55,973 nt of DNA from Candidatus Levyibacteriota bacterium (lineage in GTDB: Bacteria > Patescibacteriota > Microgenomatia > Levybacterales > UBA12049), in the NCBI GenBank assembly GCA_016182185.1, contig JACOXU010000003.1, forward strand, positions 1-55,973, given 5' to 3'. The translations under genes and the position numbers were made by a program. Positions 36,878 to 45,711 of this stretch are shown one piece after another. The notes below the pieces were generated by a model. It did no database searches and was not told the origin of the DNA. It worked only from the letters and a program-made list of their open reading frames with translations. Numbering within the stretch: position 1 is the stretch's first letter; every line of letters starts with the position of its first letter.

Positions 36878-37946
36878 ACTTGACCGCCTAAAATCTATAA
36901 TTACAAAAAATAATCTCGACGCCATTGTGATATCTTCGGTTCCTAATATTATTTATTTAACGGGTTACTCCGGGTTTTCCTATTTTGAAAGAGAAGCTTT
37001 CCTAATCATTACAAGCAGGGAAAATTTTCTTTTGACTGATGGCAGATACTCAGAAGCAGTCTCTAAAGTTCCAGGTTTTAACTTATTGGAAATTTCAAAT
37101 TCAAATTCACTTGATGATGTTCTAAAGATACTTTCAAAAAAGATAAAAAGAATTGGACTCGAAGAGGATGATGTAACTCTCTCTGAAGGCAAGAGATTTA
37201 AAAAATATTTTAAACTCCATCCTGCAAAAGATTTGGTAAGCTTAAGGACTGTCAAAAGCGAAGATGAAATTAAAAAAATTAAAATTGCCTGTAGAATTGG
37301 CGATGAAACTTTCTCTTTTATTCTTGGCAAAATAAAACAAGGAATCTCAGAGAAAGAAGTTGCACATCAGGTTGAAATGTTTGTCAAAGAAAAAGGCGCT
37401 GATCTTTCTTTCCCGTCGATAGTTGCATTCGGAAAAAATTCTTCCATCCCTCATTATCAAACAGGTAACGAAAAATTAAGAATTAATAACATGGTTCTTT
37501 TGGATTTCGGCGTAAGAGTTGATAACTATTGTTCCGACATGACGCGAACTATCTTTTTCGGCAAAGCAGATAAAAAAATTAAAGAAATCTATAATACGGT
37601 TTCAACTTCTCAACAATTAACAATTAAACAGTTAAACAATTTACTAATTGATAAAAAAACGTTTGAAGCTTCCTTTATAGACAGCATTGCTAGAAATCAT
37701 ATTGTCAAACAAGGATTCCCTACTATTCCCCACTCTCTCGGGCACGGCGTAGGAATTGAAGTCCATGAACCTCCCCGTCTTTCTCCGAGATCAAATGAAA
37801 TATTAAAAAATGGTATGGTCTTTTCTATAGAACCCGGCATCTACTTGCCAAATATTGGCGGCGTCCGAATAGAAGATTTAGTTTTTATTCGAGATAATAA
37901 AATAGAACTCCTCACTCACTCCCCAAAAGATCTAATTGAAATTTAA
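36867..37946 (+). CDS. Xaa-Pro aminopeptidase / M24B-family peptidase
   Basis: Start set at ATG 36867 (MKDRLDRLKSII). Metal-ligand contexts DFGVRVDNYCSDMTRT, HSLGHGVGIEVHEPP, and GGVRIED. Confidence 0.8.
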   Translation: MKDRLDRLKSIITKNNLDAIVISSVPNIIYLTGYSGFSYFEREAFLIITSRENFLLTDGRYSEAVSKVPGFNLLEISNSNSLDDVLKILSKKIKRIGLEEDDVTLSEGKRFKKYFKLHPAKDLVSLRTVKSEDEIKKIKIACRIGDETFSFILGKIKQGISEKEVAHQVEMFVKEKGADLSFPSIVAFGKNSSIPHYQTGNEKLRINNMVLLDFGVRVDNYCSDMTRTIFFGKADKKIKEIYNTVSTSQQLTIKQLNNLLIDKKTFEASFIDSIARNHIVKQGFPTIPHSLGHGVGIEVHEPPRLSPRSNEILKNGMVFSIEPGIYLPNIGGVRIEDLVFIRDNKIELLTHSPKDLIEI

Positions 37947-37956
37947 TTAGATAAGA

Positions 37957-37985
37957 TTGACAAATCAACCCTTTTCTTTTAAAAT
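37957..37985 (+). promoter_or_regulatory. near-consensus sigma70 promoter, leaderless geometry
   Basis: TTGACA 37957..37962, 17-nt spacer, TAAAAT 37980..37985, then 8 nt to ATG 37994. Confidence 0.5.
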
Positions 37986-37993
37986 CAGGCCGC

Positions 37994-38818
37994 ATGACGC
38001 ATGAGGCAAAAAGACCGGAAGCACTGCCCCGACACGGATTATCGCAAACAATCCGAAGATATATAGATTCAGATGATTTCTTAAGACACGCAAGAAGCGA
38101 AAACACCAGACACGCATATGAATCAGACTTGGTAAGTTTTGGAGATTACTGTGCTAGTTCGGGATCCGGCTCCATAGAAACCCTTTCGAATAAACGCATA
38201 GACAATTGGTTCGAGACAATGAGTCAAAGCGGATTTTCTGAGGCAACTTTGAACAGAAAAAAATCAAGCCTATTAGGTTTTCTACACTGGGCGGCCGAAA
38301 GAAATTTATTTGATACGAGTCTATTAAGAAAACCTCTTTCCAATTGGTTGGAAATTATCAAAAGTAAACCCAGTAATGGATTGACCGGTGAGCAGCTAAC
38401 AATATTACTTAATGCTGCTGGGGACCAGCCAAGCTTAAGAGATGCCGTATTTATCCAAATAGCCTTACAGACGGGAGTAATGCTTGAGCAGATTGTAGAT
38501 CTAGATCGCCGTGATATTGTCATCCAAGAAAACGGACAGATGGGAATTAGGCTTTATAATAGAAAAGATGATGATTATGACATTAAACCACTCGATGAAG
38601 AGGCAAAAAATGTGGTACTTGGATATCTTACCAATGAAAATACTGATCCTGACAATCCTCTATTTCCGGGCTGGAGACACAACGAAAGGATAACAAGACA
38701 AGGACTCTGGCTTATTCTAAAAAAATATAGAGCTATAATAGGTGTCCGTAATTTAACGCCCACCACACTTCGCAACACATATTTCGACCATCAACGAGAG
38801 AAGAAATCAGAATTTTAA
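37994..38818 (+). CDS. degenerate tyrosine-recombinase-like protein lacking catalytic Tyr
   Basis: 274 aa. Has a SAM-like N-domain (NTRHAYESDLVSFGDYC). The core reads LQTGVMLEQIVDLDRRDI (Arg I replaced by Met), LTPTTLRNTY (His of HxxR replaced), and the protein ends before the His/Tyr box. Confidence 0.6.
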   Translation: MTHEAKRPEALPRHGLSQTIRRYIDSDDFLRHARSENTRHAYESDLVSFGDYCASSGSGSIETLSNKRIDNWFETMSQSGFSEATLNRKKSSLLGFLHWAAERNLFDTSLLRKPLSNWLEIIKSKPSNGLTGEQLTILLNAAGDQPSLRDAVFIQIALQTGVMLEQIVDLDRRDIVIQENGQMGIRLYNRKDDDYDIKPLDEEAKNVVLGYLTNENTDPDNPLFPGWRHNERITRQGLWLILKKYRAIIGVRNLTPTTLRNTYFDHQREKKSEF

Positions 38819-38860
38819 ACCCTACTTCCTCAAATTAACCTCTTAAGCTATAATATAAGA

Positions 38861-40045
38861 ATGAATATTAAACCTAAGACGCTTAAAGGGTTTCGGGATT
38901 TTTTGCCCAAAGAAACCCGAAAAAGACAATTCGTTATAAACACCATAAAATCGGTGTTTGAGTCTTATGGCTTTGAGCCGCTTGAGACACCGGCTCTTGA
39001 GTTCTCGGATTTTTTGAAAGGAAAATATGGAGAGGAAGAAAAACTAATCTATGAATTTGAAACAAAAGGAAAAGACAAGGTTGCCCTAAGATATGATCAG
39101 ACGGTTCCCCTCTCCCGTGTGATAATTCAATATCAAAATGAACTCGTTTTTCCCTTTAAACGTTATCAAATTCAAAATGTTTGGAGAGGTGAAAATCCGC
39201 AAAAAGGAAGATACAGGGAATTTCTTCAATGTGATGCAGATATAGTCGGCTCTTCCTCTCCCCTTTCCGATGCAGAAATTTTAAAACTTGTTTTGGATAT
39301 TTATAAAAAGTTAGGACTTGATGTGACTATAAAAATAAATGACAGGGAAAATTTTAAAGATCTTGATAGAAAATATATTTCGGCCATCGATAAACTTGAA
39401 AAAATTGGTGAAAGCGCGGTCTTGTCCGAGATGATTGACAAGGGAATGACTGATGATGATGCGAAAATTGCGCTAAAAAACCTACAGGAAAAACCGCAAA
39501 CGCAAAATATCAAAGATATTTATTCAGAACTTAAGTTGTTAGAAGCTGATCTTAATAAGATTATTTACGAACCGACACTCGCCCGAGGCCTAGATTACTA
39601 TACTGGAATGATTTTTGAAACCTTAACTGAGGGATACTCCGGATCTCTTTGCTCAGGCGGCCGTTACGATAAATTAATCGGAAAATTCTCAGGAGTTGAA
39701 ATGCCTGCGGTCGGATTTGGTCTTGGATTTGACAGAACTCTTGAAATCCTTGAAGAAAAAAATCTTATCAACATTCCTTTTTCATCTGTTCGATTATTGG
39801 TTATTCTAAACAATAACACAAAAGACAAATCGCTTGAAGTTTATCAAAAATTAAGAAATGCAAATATTAGTGCAGAACTTTATCTTGAGGAAAATGCAGC
39901 TTTGGAAAAACAACTCAAATACGCAGATCGGAAAAATATACCCTATGTATTGATTGTTAAAGAGAATGTTCTTGAGTTAAAAGATATGAGTAAACGAGAA
40001 CAGAAAAGCTTAACTATAGAGGAGATTCTGAAGACGCTCCAGTAA
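38861..40045 (+). CDS. hisS: histidine--tRNA ligase
   Basis: 394 aa. LRYDQTVPLSRV, motif 2 RYREFLQCDADIVG, motif 3 GGRYDKLI...AVGFGLGFDR, and a C-terminal anticodon-binding domain. TATAAT at 38849..38854 lies 6 nt before the ATG. Confidence 0.9.
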   Translation: MNIKPKTLKGFRDFLPKETRKRQFVINTIKSVFESYGFEPLETPALEFSDFLKGKYGEEEKLIYEFETKGKDKVALRYDQTVPLSRVIIQYQNELVFPFKRYQIQNVWRGENPQKGRYREFLQCDADIVGSSSPLSDAEILKLVLDIYKKLGLDVTIKINDRENFKDLDRKYISAIDKLEKIGESAVLSEMIDKGMTDDDAKIALKNLQEKPQTQNIKDIYSELKLLEADLNKIIYEPTLARGLDYYTGMIFETLTEGYSGSLCSGGRYDKLIGKFSGVEMPAVGFGLGFDRTLEILEEKNLINIPFSSVRLLVILNNNTKDKSLEVYQKLRNANISAELYLEENAALEKQLKYADRKNIPYVLIVKENVLELKDMSKREQKSLTIEEILKTLQ

Positions 40046-40046
40046 C

Positions 40047-40709
40047 TTATTTTCTTTCTTTTTTACTGCTTGAGGCTGTAATACTTCTTGATATCTCCCT
40101 TCTAAGCGCCTCGTTCGGCGAATCAACAATTATTCCACCCTGCTGACCTGATACAACCGGTTCTCTCCAGCGTCCATCTTCATCTTCTCTGAAATAACCG
40201 ATTTCATCCCTCTTCACACCCACAGGATCCTCTACGAAATTTTCTCCGATAAAATCTTTTTCTTTTTCAAGACTCGCGTCTGAAAGATAGGATGGTAAAG
40301 AGCTCTCAATTTCCATCAATCGACTCAGGACGGCTGGCTCTCCCTTTTTTGCGTTTCTAATTCCGGTCAAAAATACCTCAAGCCTCAGTCGATCAGAGAA
40401 TCTTGCAGAGAGAAACCTTCCGTGCTTTTCATAAAGTGCTACCATATTATCCCAATCCCAAAGGCTTTCACTTAATAGTTCTTCAGCTATTATTTTTCGT
40501 GTAATTTCTATGCCTCTCTTTCCGCTCCCCTCAGGGACCCATTTTTTTACAGGAAACTTCAGGATCCCGGATTTTTTTCCCGTATTTCCGCCCAGTTTTT
40601 TTATTGTTTGTTCTATAAAGAGTCCTGAATAATCCGTAATCTCAGCAATTTCATACGCCTCTGCTCCCCTATCAAAAAGTGATCGTATAATTTCTTCAGG
40701 CTTTCTCAT
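40047..40709 (-). CDS. hypothetical protein
   Basis: 220-aa ORF, visibly G+C-richer than hisS. Convergent with hisS with a 1-nt gap. No recognised motif. Confidence 0.45.
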   Translation of the reverse strand: MRKPEEIIRSLFDRGAEAYEIAEITDYSGLFIEQTIKKLGGNTGKKSGILKFPVKKWVPEGSGKRGIEITRKIIAEELLSESLWDWDNMVALYEKHGRFLSARFSDRLRLEVFLTGIRNAKKGEPAVLSRLMEIESSLPSYLSDASLEKEKDFIGENFVEDPVGVKRDEIGYFREDEDGRWREPVVSGQQGGIIVDSPNEALRREISRSITASSSKKERK

Positions 40710-40718
40710 ATTTAATTC

Positions 40719-40747
40719 TTGCCTTGAGACTCAAAACAAGCTATAAT
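40719..40747 (+). promoter_or_regulatory. candidate sigma70 promoter, leaderless geometry
   Basis: TTGCCT 40719..40724, 17-nt spacer, TATAAT 40742..40747, then 9 nt to ATG 40757. Confidence 0.5.
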
Positions 40748-40756
40748 TATAGCATT

Positions 40757-41056
40757 ATGAAGACAAATGTCCATCCCCAATATTTTGAAAATGCACAGGT
40801 AATATGTGCCTGCGGCAACAGGTTTACTGTGGGCTCGACCAAAGAAATAATTCATATCGAACTTTGCCACAAATGCCATCCTTTCTATACAGGCGAGCAG
40901 CGCTTTGTCGATAGCGCATCGCGTATCCAGAAATTCCAAACCAAGCAAAAGAAAGCGCAGGAGTATGTAGTCAAAAAAGTCAAAAAAGTCGAACAGAAAA
41001 AACAGCACGACAATGCCCCCAAGACTCTCCGGGAAATGCTAATGTCACTTGAATAG
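40757..41056 (+). CDS. rpmE: 50S ribosomal protein L31 with Lys-rich C-terminal extension
   Basis: Start set at ATG 40757. MKTNVHPQYFENAQVICACGNRFTVGSTKEIIHIELCHKCHPFYTG matches L31 (Cys-containing form). Confidence 0.85.
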   Translation: MKTNVHPQYFENAQVICACGNRFTVGSTKEIIHIELCHKCHPFYTGEQRFVDSASRIQKFQTKQKKAQEYVVKKVKKVEQKKQHDNAPKTLREMLMSLE

Positions 41057-41178
41057 ATTAAATTACAAATAATATTTAAATTCTAATAATCGAATTCTAA
41101 ACATTTTTGATATTTGAATTTTGAAAATTGGTATTTATTTGGAATTTGTAATTTTGAATTTTGGAGCTTAATAATATT
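41057..41178. repeat. palindromic CAAATC/GGAATTTG-word intergenic repeat, copy E
   Basis: Colinear with 35049..35110. tttttgatatttgaatttt (41104..41122) is 18/19 identical to 28763..28781. The left part (aaattacaaata...aataatatttaa) resembles 55942..55969. Confidence 0.6.
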
Positions 41179-42054
41179 ATGGATTATCTTAAATCTCAAA
41201 TTGAAGAACTTAATAAAAAAATAGAAGAAACCAAAATTCTTCTTGATGATCCTTCTATGGCTGATTTGGCTGAAAAAGAAATAAAAGAACTCGAAGATCA
41301 AAAAATCACACTTCAAAAAAATTTCGAACCCCGAGCAACAAATATTGAGGACTCAATCGATCAAAGAAATGTAATTTTGGAGATAAAAGGCGCAGCAGGC
41401 GGAGATGAAGCCAAAATCTGGGCAGAGGAACTAATGAGAATGTATTCAAGATTTGCTCAAAAAATAGGATTTAATGTTGAGCAGGAAGACGAGAATATCC
41501 TAAAAATTTCAGGAAAAAATGTTTTCGGAATGCTTAAGTTTGAAGCAGGTGTTCATAGAGTCCAGAGAATTCCTGAAACAGAAAAACGAGGAAGAGTTCA
41601 CACCTCAACCGCAATCGTTTCTGTGCTTCCTGAGCTTGATGACATTGATCTTCATATAAATCCTGAAGATGTGGAATTTGAAGCCTTCAGAAGCGGAGGT
41701 CATGGGGGTCAAAATGTCAATAAAGTTTCAACTGCAGTAAGACTTAAGCACAAACCAACCGGAATAGTAGTTACTTGCCAAACAGAGCGTCATCAAGCAC
41801 AAAACAGAGAAAATGCCCTCAAAATGCTTCGTGCAAAACTTTGGGAAATTGAGCTTGAAAAAAGATCAGAAATGGTTTCGGAGCTTAAATCAACTCAGGT
41901 CGGAAAAGGTATGCGGGCTGAGAAAATAAGAACATACAATTTCCCTCAAGACAGACTTACAGACCATCGTATTGGAAAATCATGGCATAATCTTGAAAAA
42001 ATAATGGATGGTGAACTTGAAGAGGTAATTAGTCTTACTCAAACACAAATTTAA
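41179..42054 (+). CDS. prfA: peptide chain release factor 1 (short N-terminal domain)
   Basis: Start set at ATG 41179. Has a PxT-type tripeptide context ([14 protein letters not shown]) and the GGQ motif [18 protein letters not shown]. Confidence 0.85.
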   Translation: MDYLKSQIEELNKKIEETKILLDDPSMADLAEKEIKELEDQKITLQKNFEPRATNIEDSIDQRNVILEIKGAAGGDEAKIWAEELMRMYSRFAQKIGFNVEQEDENILKISGKNVFGMLKFEAGVHRVQRIPETEKRGRVHTSTAIVSVLPELDDIDLHINPEDVEFEAFRSGGHGGQNVNKVSTAVRLKHKPTGIVVTCQTERHQAQNRENALKMLRAKLWEIELEKRSEMVSELKSTQVGKGMRAEKIRTYNFPQDRLTDHRIGKSWHNLEKIMDGELEEVISLTQTQI

Positions 42055-42063
42055 AATTTAAAA

Positions 42064-43797
42064 TTATTTAATATACTCCAAGTCCTTCCTCTTAAGATTT
42101 TCGATCCCATCCAGATGATTTTCCGAAATGAGCTTTGCAATTTGCCTGCCGCCGGCCAAGTGAGGCAAAATTACATAATCGGCTCCGGCTTTATATAAAT
42201 TCTTTGCCTCTGTTGTGTCAAACGCCATCACGACTACCTTGGCTCGCCTATTCTCGTGTTTTAATTCTTTGAGAAGTAAAAGATTGTCTTCAAGATCCGG
42301 ATTCGTCGAAATTACTAATTTTGCACTGTCAAGTTTGGCTCGTTCCTGAATATCAAGATCAGATATATCTCCGTAAAGCCTGTGCACCTTTTTAATCTCA
42401 AGATTTTTAAGAATTTCCGGATCGAAGTCTACAACTACCACTTCTACTTCAATATCTTCCAATGCATTAAGGATACTCTGCCCCATCTGATCCCCGCCTA
42501 TCAAAACCACATGATTCTTAAGCTCCGAAAGTCCGTCGGGTGACTCGATTTCATCTTCTCTTTTGATAGGAACAAGCTCCAGAAACGAAAGATATCGATG
42601 TATAGCCTTATAGAGATCTTTATTTCCTGAAAGTAAATAAGTCGACAGGGTAAAAGTGATGATCGCAGAGAAAGTTACAATCGAAATTACTTCGTTTGAG
42701 ACATGCCCTAATCTTTGACCTAAAAAAACCGTGATAAGCGAGAATTCTGAGATTTGAGCAAGGCTTACGCCTGTCAAGAATGATGTTCTCTTCTTGTACC
42801 CCATCACTCCCATAATAATCATGACGATAAATGGTTTAATGACGAGTGCCAGAAATGAAAGCGTCAGGGCAGGTATAAAAATTTTGAGAAATCCTCCAAG
42901 CGAAGTAACAAAAACCATCTGAGCGCCCAAAAGGACGAAAAACAAGACTATAAAAAAATCCTGCAAAATTTTGGCGCGGGCTATAATTTGATAATTTACA
43001 ATTGAGTTTGCCAAAGCAATACCTGCCAGAAACCCTCCTATTTCAACCGAAAATCCGGTCGAACTTACCAAAGCTGATAAGCCGAAAACCCAAGCTATAC
43101 TTGCGAGAAAAAGCGTTTCGGTAGATCGGGCAAGTTTTTCGGTAACTTTAGGAAATACATATTTCTGCAAAAGAAAAACAGCTGCGAAAAGCAAGAATCC
43201 CTTCAGGAGTATTTGCGAGAAGACAAAAATTGGTTTTGCTGACAGAAACTGCGGATTAAAAGCCGACAAAAAAACAAGAATTCCGATTGCCAATAAATCC
43301 TGAATCAGAAGTATACCTACTGCTATTTTTCCGTAAAGACTGTGGAATTCTTTTCTTTCAGAGATCATCTTAACAACTATAACCGTGCTTGAAAACATGA
43401 GTGCTATTCCGATATAAATTGCACTTGTTACCGAAAAACCGAAAAGAAGAGAGGCTATGTATCCAGCAAGAAAAGAAAAAAGCATTTGGACTGAGGCGAC
43501 TACGAATACTACTTTACTTATCGAGGCGAAATTTTTTATTTTTATCTCAAGACCAAGGGTAAAAAGCAGAAAAGTAATCCCCAGCTGAGCCAAGGTATTT
43601 AGTAAATCATGATTTGAAACATCAAAGAAACCTAAAAACCCGATCAGGATTCCGGTAAGGATGTATGCAAGAATCGCGGGCTGCTTAAGAATTCGGAAAA
43701 GATAGCTCAAAATTGCCGCAAGGCAAACAATAACAGTAATTTCTATAAAGGCAGGTCCCACAATTTTATGATAGCAGATAAAATTTATTCTTGACAA
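42064..43797 (-). CDS. Kef-type cation:proton antiporter (CPA2) with C-terminal RCK/TrkA-N domain
   Basis: 577 aa, about 12 TM helices plus the Rossmann motif VVLIGGDQMGQSI. The start is uncertain (TTG 43797 or GTG 43761). Confidence 0.8.
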   Translation of the reverse strand: MSRINFICYHKIVGPAFIEITVIVCLAAILSYLFRILKQPAILAYILTGILIGFLGFFDVSNHDLLNTLAQLGITFLLFTLGLEIKIKNFASISKVVFVVASVQMLFSFLAGYIASLLFGFSVTSAIYIGIALMFSSTVIVVKMISERKEFHSLYGKIAVGILLIQDLLAIGILVFLSAFNPQFLSAKPIFVFSQILLKGFLLFAAVFLLQKYVFPKVTEKLARSTETLFLASIAWVFGLSALVSSTGFSVEIGGFLAGIALANSIVNYQIIARAKILQDFFIVLFFVLLGAQMVFVTSLGGFLKIFIPALTLSFLALVIKPFIVMIIMGVMGYKKRTSFLTGVSLAQISEFSLITVFLGQRLGHVSNEVISIVTFSAIITFTLSTYLLSGNKDLYKAIHRYLSFLELVPIKREDEIESPDGLSELKNHVVLIGGDQMGQSILNALEDIEVEVVVVDFDPEILKNLEIKKVHRLYGDISDLDIQERAKLDSAKLVISTNPDLEDNLLLLKELKHENRRAKVVVMAFDTTEAKNLYKAGADYVILPHLAGGRQIAKLISENHLDGIENLKRKDLEYIK

Positions 43798-43851
43798 TAG
43801 AAATTTTTACTTCAAACTAAATCTGTGATATTATTCTCAGGTTAAAATAAT

Positions 43852-44217
43852 ATGACAGAAATATTATCTCGCCTCAGATTCCAACATGAAGCCGATAATA
43901 CCTTAAAACAAATAAGAGAAAATTTACGACATATAATGTCTCGGTTTTATGAATCAGAAATTAAGATGTTTCGTAAAAAAGACAAAAGAGGAATTATAAT
44001 AGATTACGGATCTCCTACAAAGCCTGCAATTTTGCTCCCATCTGATGGAAATCTGCGTCTTATTCAGTATGGTTGGACACCTGAACCTGAAAAAAATGGT
44101 GAGCTATCAGATTCAGACTTTTGTATTTTGGCAATAGAGTTATTAAAAAATCCTCCAAAATACCCACAGGCGCTACTAAAATCAAGATTTATAAAATCAC
44201 ACGCATGGCCCACTTGA
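43852..44217 (+). CDS. hypothetical protein
   Basis: 121-aa ORF with no recognised motif. Confidence 0.4.
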   Translation: MTEILSRLRFQHEADNTLKQIRENLRHIMSRFYESEIKMFRKKDKRGIIIDYGSPTKPAILLPSDGNLRLIQYGWTPEPEKNGELSDSDFCILAIELLKNPPKYPQALLKSRFIKSHAWPT

Positions 44218-44248
44218 CAATAACATTTATCCCTTCTACCATAGAAAT

Positions 44249-44953
44249 ATGGCCGATGAAACCGCACAAGAACCCGTACAACAACCCTCTCAGCCTGAAC
44301 AACCGGTTAATCAGGGAAAACCTGAGGGATTAAAAGGTCTTGCGCTTCTTGAAGTGGGACTCTTTGAGCTTCTTTTTATAGTTGGCGGCCTTCTTATTAT
44401 CTTTGGACTACTTAACTATTATAATGTCCTTCCTATCTCCCGATCTATTCCCTTTCTTTCTTTCCTACCGCAAAAGCAAAAAATTATCGAAAATAAAACT
44501 CAGGAAAAAACTGTCGTGATAAGCGAGGTAGAGCTTTATAAAAAAATTAAAAATGAGCTTCCCTTTTCGGGCTGTCCCATCGGACCTGATCTTTGCAAAA
44601 ATGCTGAAATAATTCAAGAAGAATCAAGCCAATCTGCCCAATGGATTTTACGCTTCTCAAATATTCCGCAGGATTCAGAAATACTGGCGGCTCTTGATGG
44701 AACTTTGGAAATCGATAATTCAACCATAATTCTCACCAATAAAGGCCGCTTGCTCAAAGCATATTATGAATTTGAAAAGGATTCTTTTGAAAGTCAAGCC
44801 AGTTCCTCTGCCATAGTCAAACAAGGAGAGGTTTTGGGTAAAATTACCAGTGCTTCTGATTTTGACTTTTATCTCAAAAATACAACTAGTAATAGTTATG
44901 TCCAAGTCAAACCCTCACCAGACGGAAGAAGCCTACTCTACGCCGGGCTCTAA
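44249..44953 (+). CDS. membrane-anchored degenerate LytM/M23-like protein (paralogue 1)
   Basis: 234 aa. Has a TM segment (LFELLFIVGGLLIIFGLL), the Cys pair CPIGPDLC, then AALDGTLEI...VKQGEVLGKIT...FDFYLKN. The outline is M23-like but without His ligands. Promoter is TTGACA 44214..44219 / TACCAT 44237..44242. Confidence 0.45.
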   Translation: MADETAQEPVQQPSQPEQPVNQGKPEGLKGLALLEVGLFELLFIVGGLLIIFGLLNYYNVLPISRSIPFLSFLPQKQKIIENKTQEKTVVISEVELYKKIKNELPFSGCPIGPDLCKNAEIIQEESSQSAQWILRFSNIPQDSEILAALDGTLEIDNSTIILTNKGRLLKAYYEFEKDSFESQASSSAIVKQGEVLGKITSASDFDFYLKNTTSNSYVQVKPSPDGRSLLYAGL

Positions 44954-44968
44954 AAATAGCCTCAAAAC

Positions 44969-44997
44969 TTGACAAGAAAATCCCAAAGTAATATAAT
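44969..44997 (+). promoter_or_regulatory. consensus sigma70 promoter
   Basis: TTGACA 44969..44974, 17-nt spacer, TATAAT 44992..44997, then 11 nt to ATG 45009. Confidence 0.55.
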
Positions 44998-45008
44998 CCT
45001 ATAGTTAT

Positions 45009-45704
45009 ATGATCACAACTGAAACCAGCAGAAAAATCTCAAGAAGAGACCTTTTGTCTATGGTGATAAAGAGTGTAACTCTTCTTGGATTAGCGAAGAT
45101 AAGTGTTGCCTGTGGCAAAGACAATACTCCATCGGGTGCAACTCAAGAAACCCCCAGTGCATCATCTCAAATACCATCAGAATCCCCTACTGCAAAAGCA
45201 ACTGAAGCTCCAACACTTGAGCCAACCCAAGCTTCAACACGAACAGAAATCCAGCCCACTCCTCCCTGTCAGATTTTGGAAGATAAATACTGCAGTTCCG
45301 CAAGATTAACCGAGTGGAAAAATAGCGTTGGTCAAATATTTAAGGTTGTCTCTCTTGATCTTCCGGAGGGAGTTTCTATCATAACTCCATTTGATGGAAC
45401 ATTTACGTACTCTGATGGTCCCGGGAATCTTGTTGATCCCAATGCTCCTGCTGCTGTAGTTTATAAACCTGTGAGTGAAAGTGATCAGAGTAATCTAACC
45501 TTCATGGTTACAGGAGATATAGAATTTGACAGAAGTCAGATTGAAATTAAAAAAGGTGATGTCATTGCAAGAACCGGAAATACCGGACTTAAGGTGCTTG
45601 ATGGAACAATAGCGATCGTGATTACATCGCTTGATCCTGAAAAAAAGACATTCGGCACAGATGAGGCGCTTCTTGAGAATTTATTTCCGAACCTAGTAAA
45701 ATAA
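45009..45704 (+). CDS. exported degenerate LytM/M23-like protein (paralogue 2), Tat-like signal and possible lipobox
   Basis: 231 aa. SRRDLLSMV twin-Arg-like motif, ISVAC, a PT/S-rich linker, and CQILEDKYC...PFDGTFTYSDGPGNL...IKKGDVIARTGNTG. Confidence 0.5.
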   Translation: MITTETSRKISRRDLLSMVIKSVTLLGLAKISVACGKDNTPSGATQETPSASSQIPSESPTAKATEAPTLEPTQASTRTEIQPTPPCQILEDKYCSSARLTEWKNSVGQIFKVVSLDLPEGVSIITPFDGTFTYSDGPGNLVDPNAPAAVVYKPVSESDQSNLTFMVTGDIEFDRSQIEIKKGDVIARTGNTGLKVLDGTIAIVITSLDPEKKTFGTDEALLENLFPNLVK

Positions 45705-45711
45705 TAAATAT

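Noticed and set aside
40712-41008. A 98-aa ORF antisense to rpmE, and the 77-aa ORF 41083..41316 across the rpmE-prfA spacer.
   Set aside because: The first overlaps the conserved L31 gene and is Phe/Leu-rich. The second is mostly the AT-rich repeat copy E and the antisense of the prfA start.
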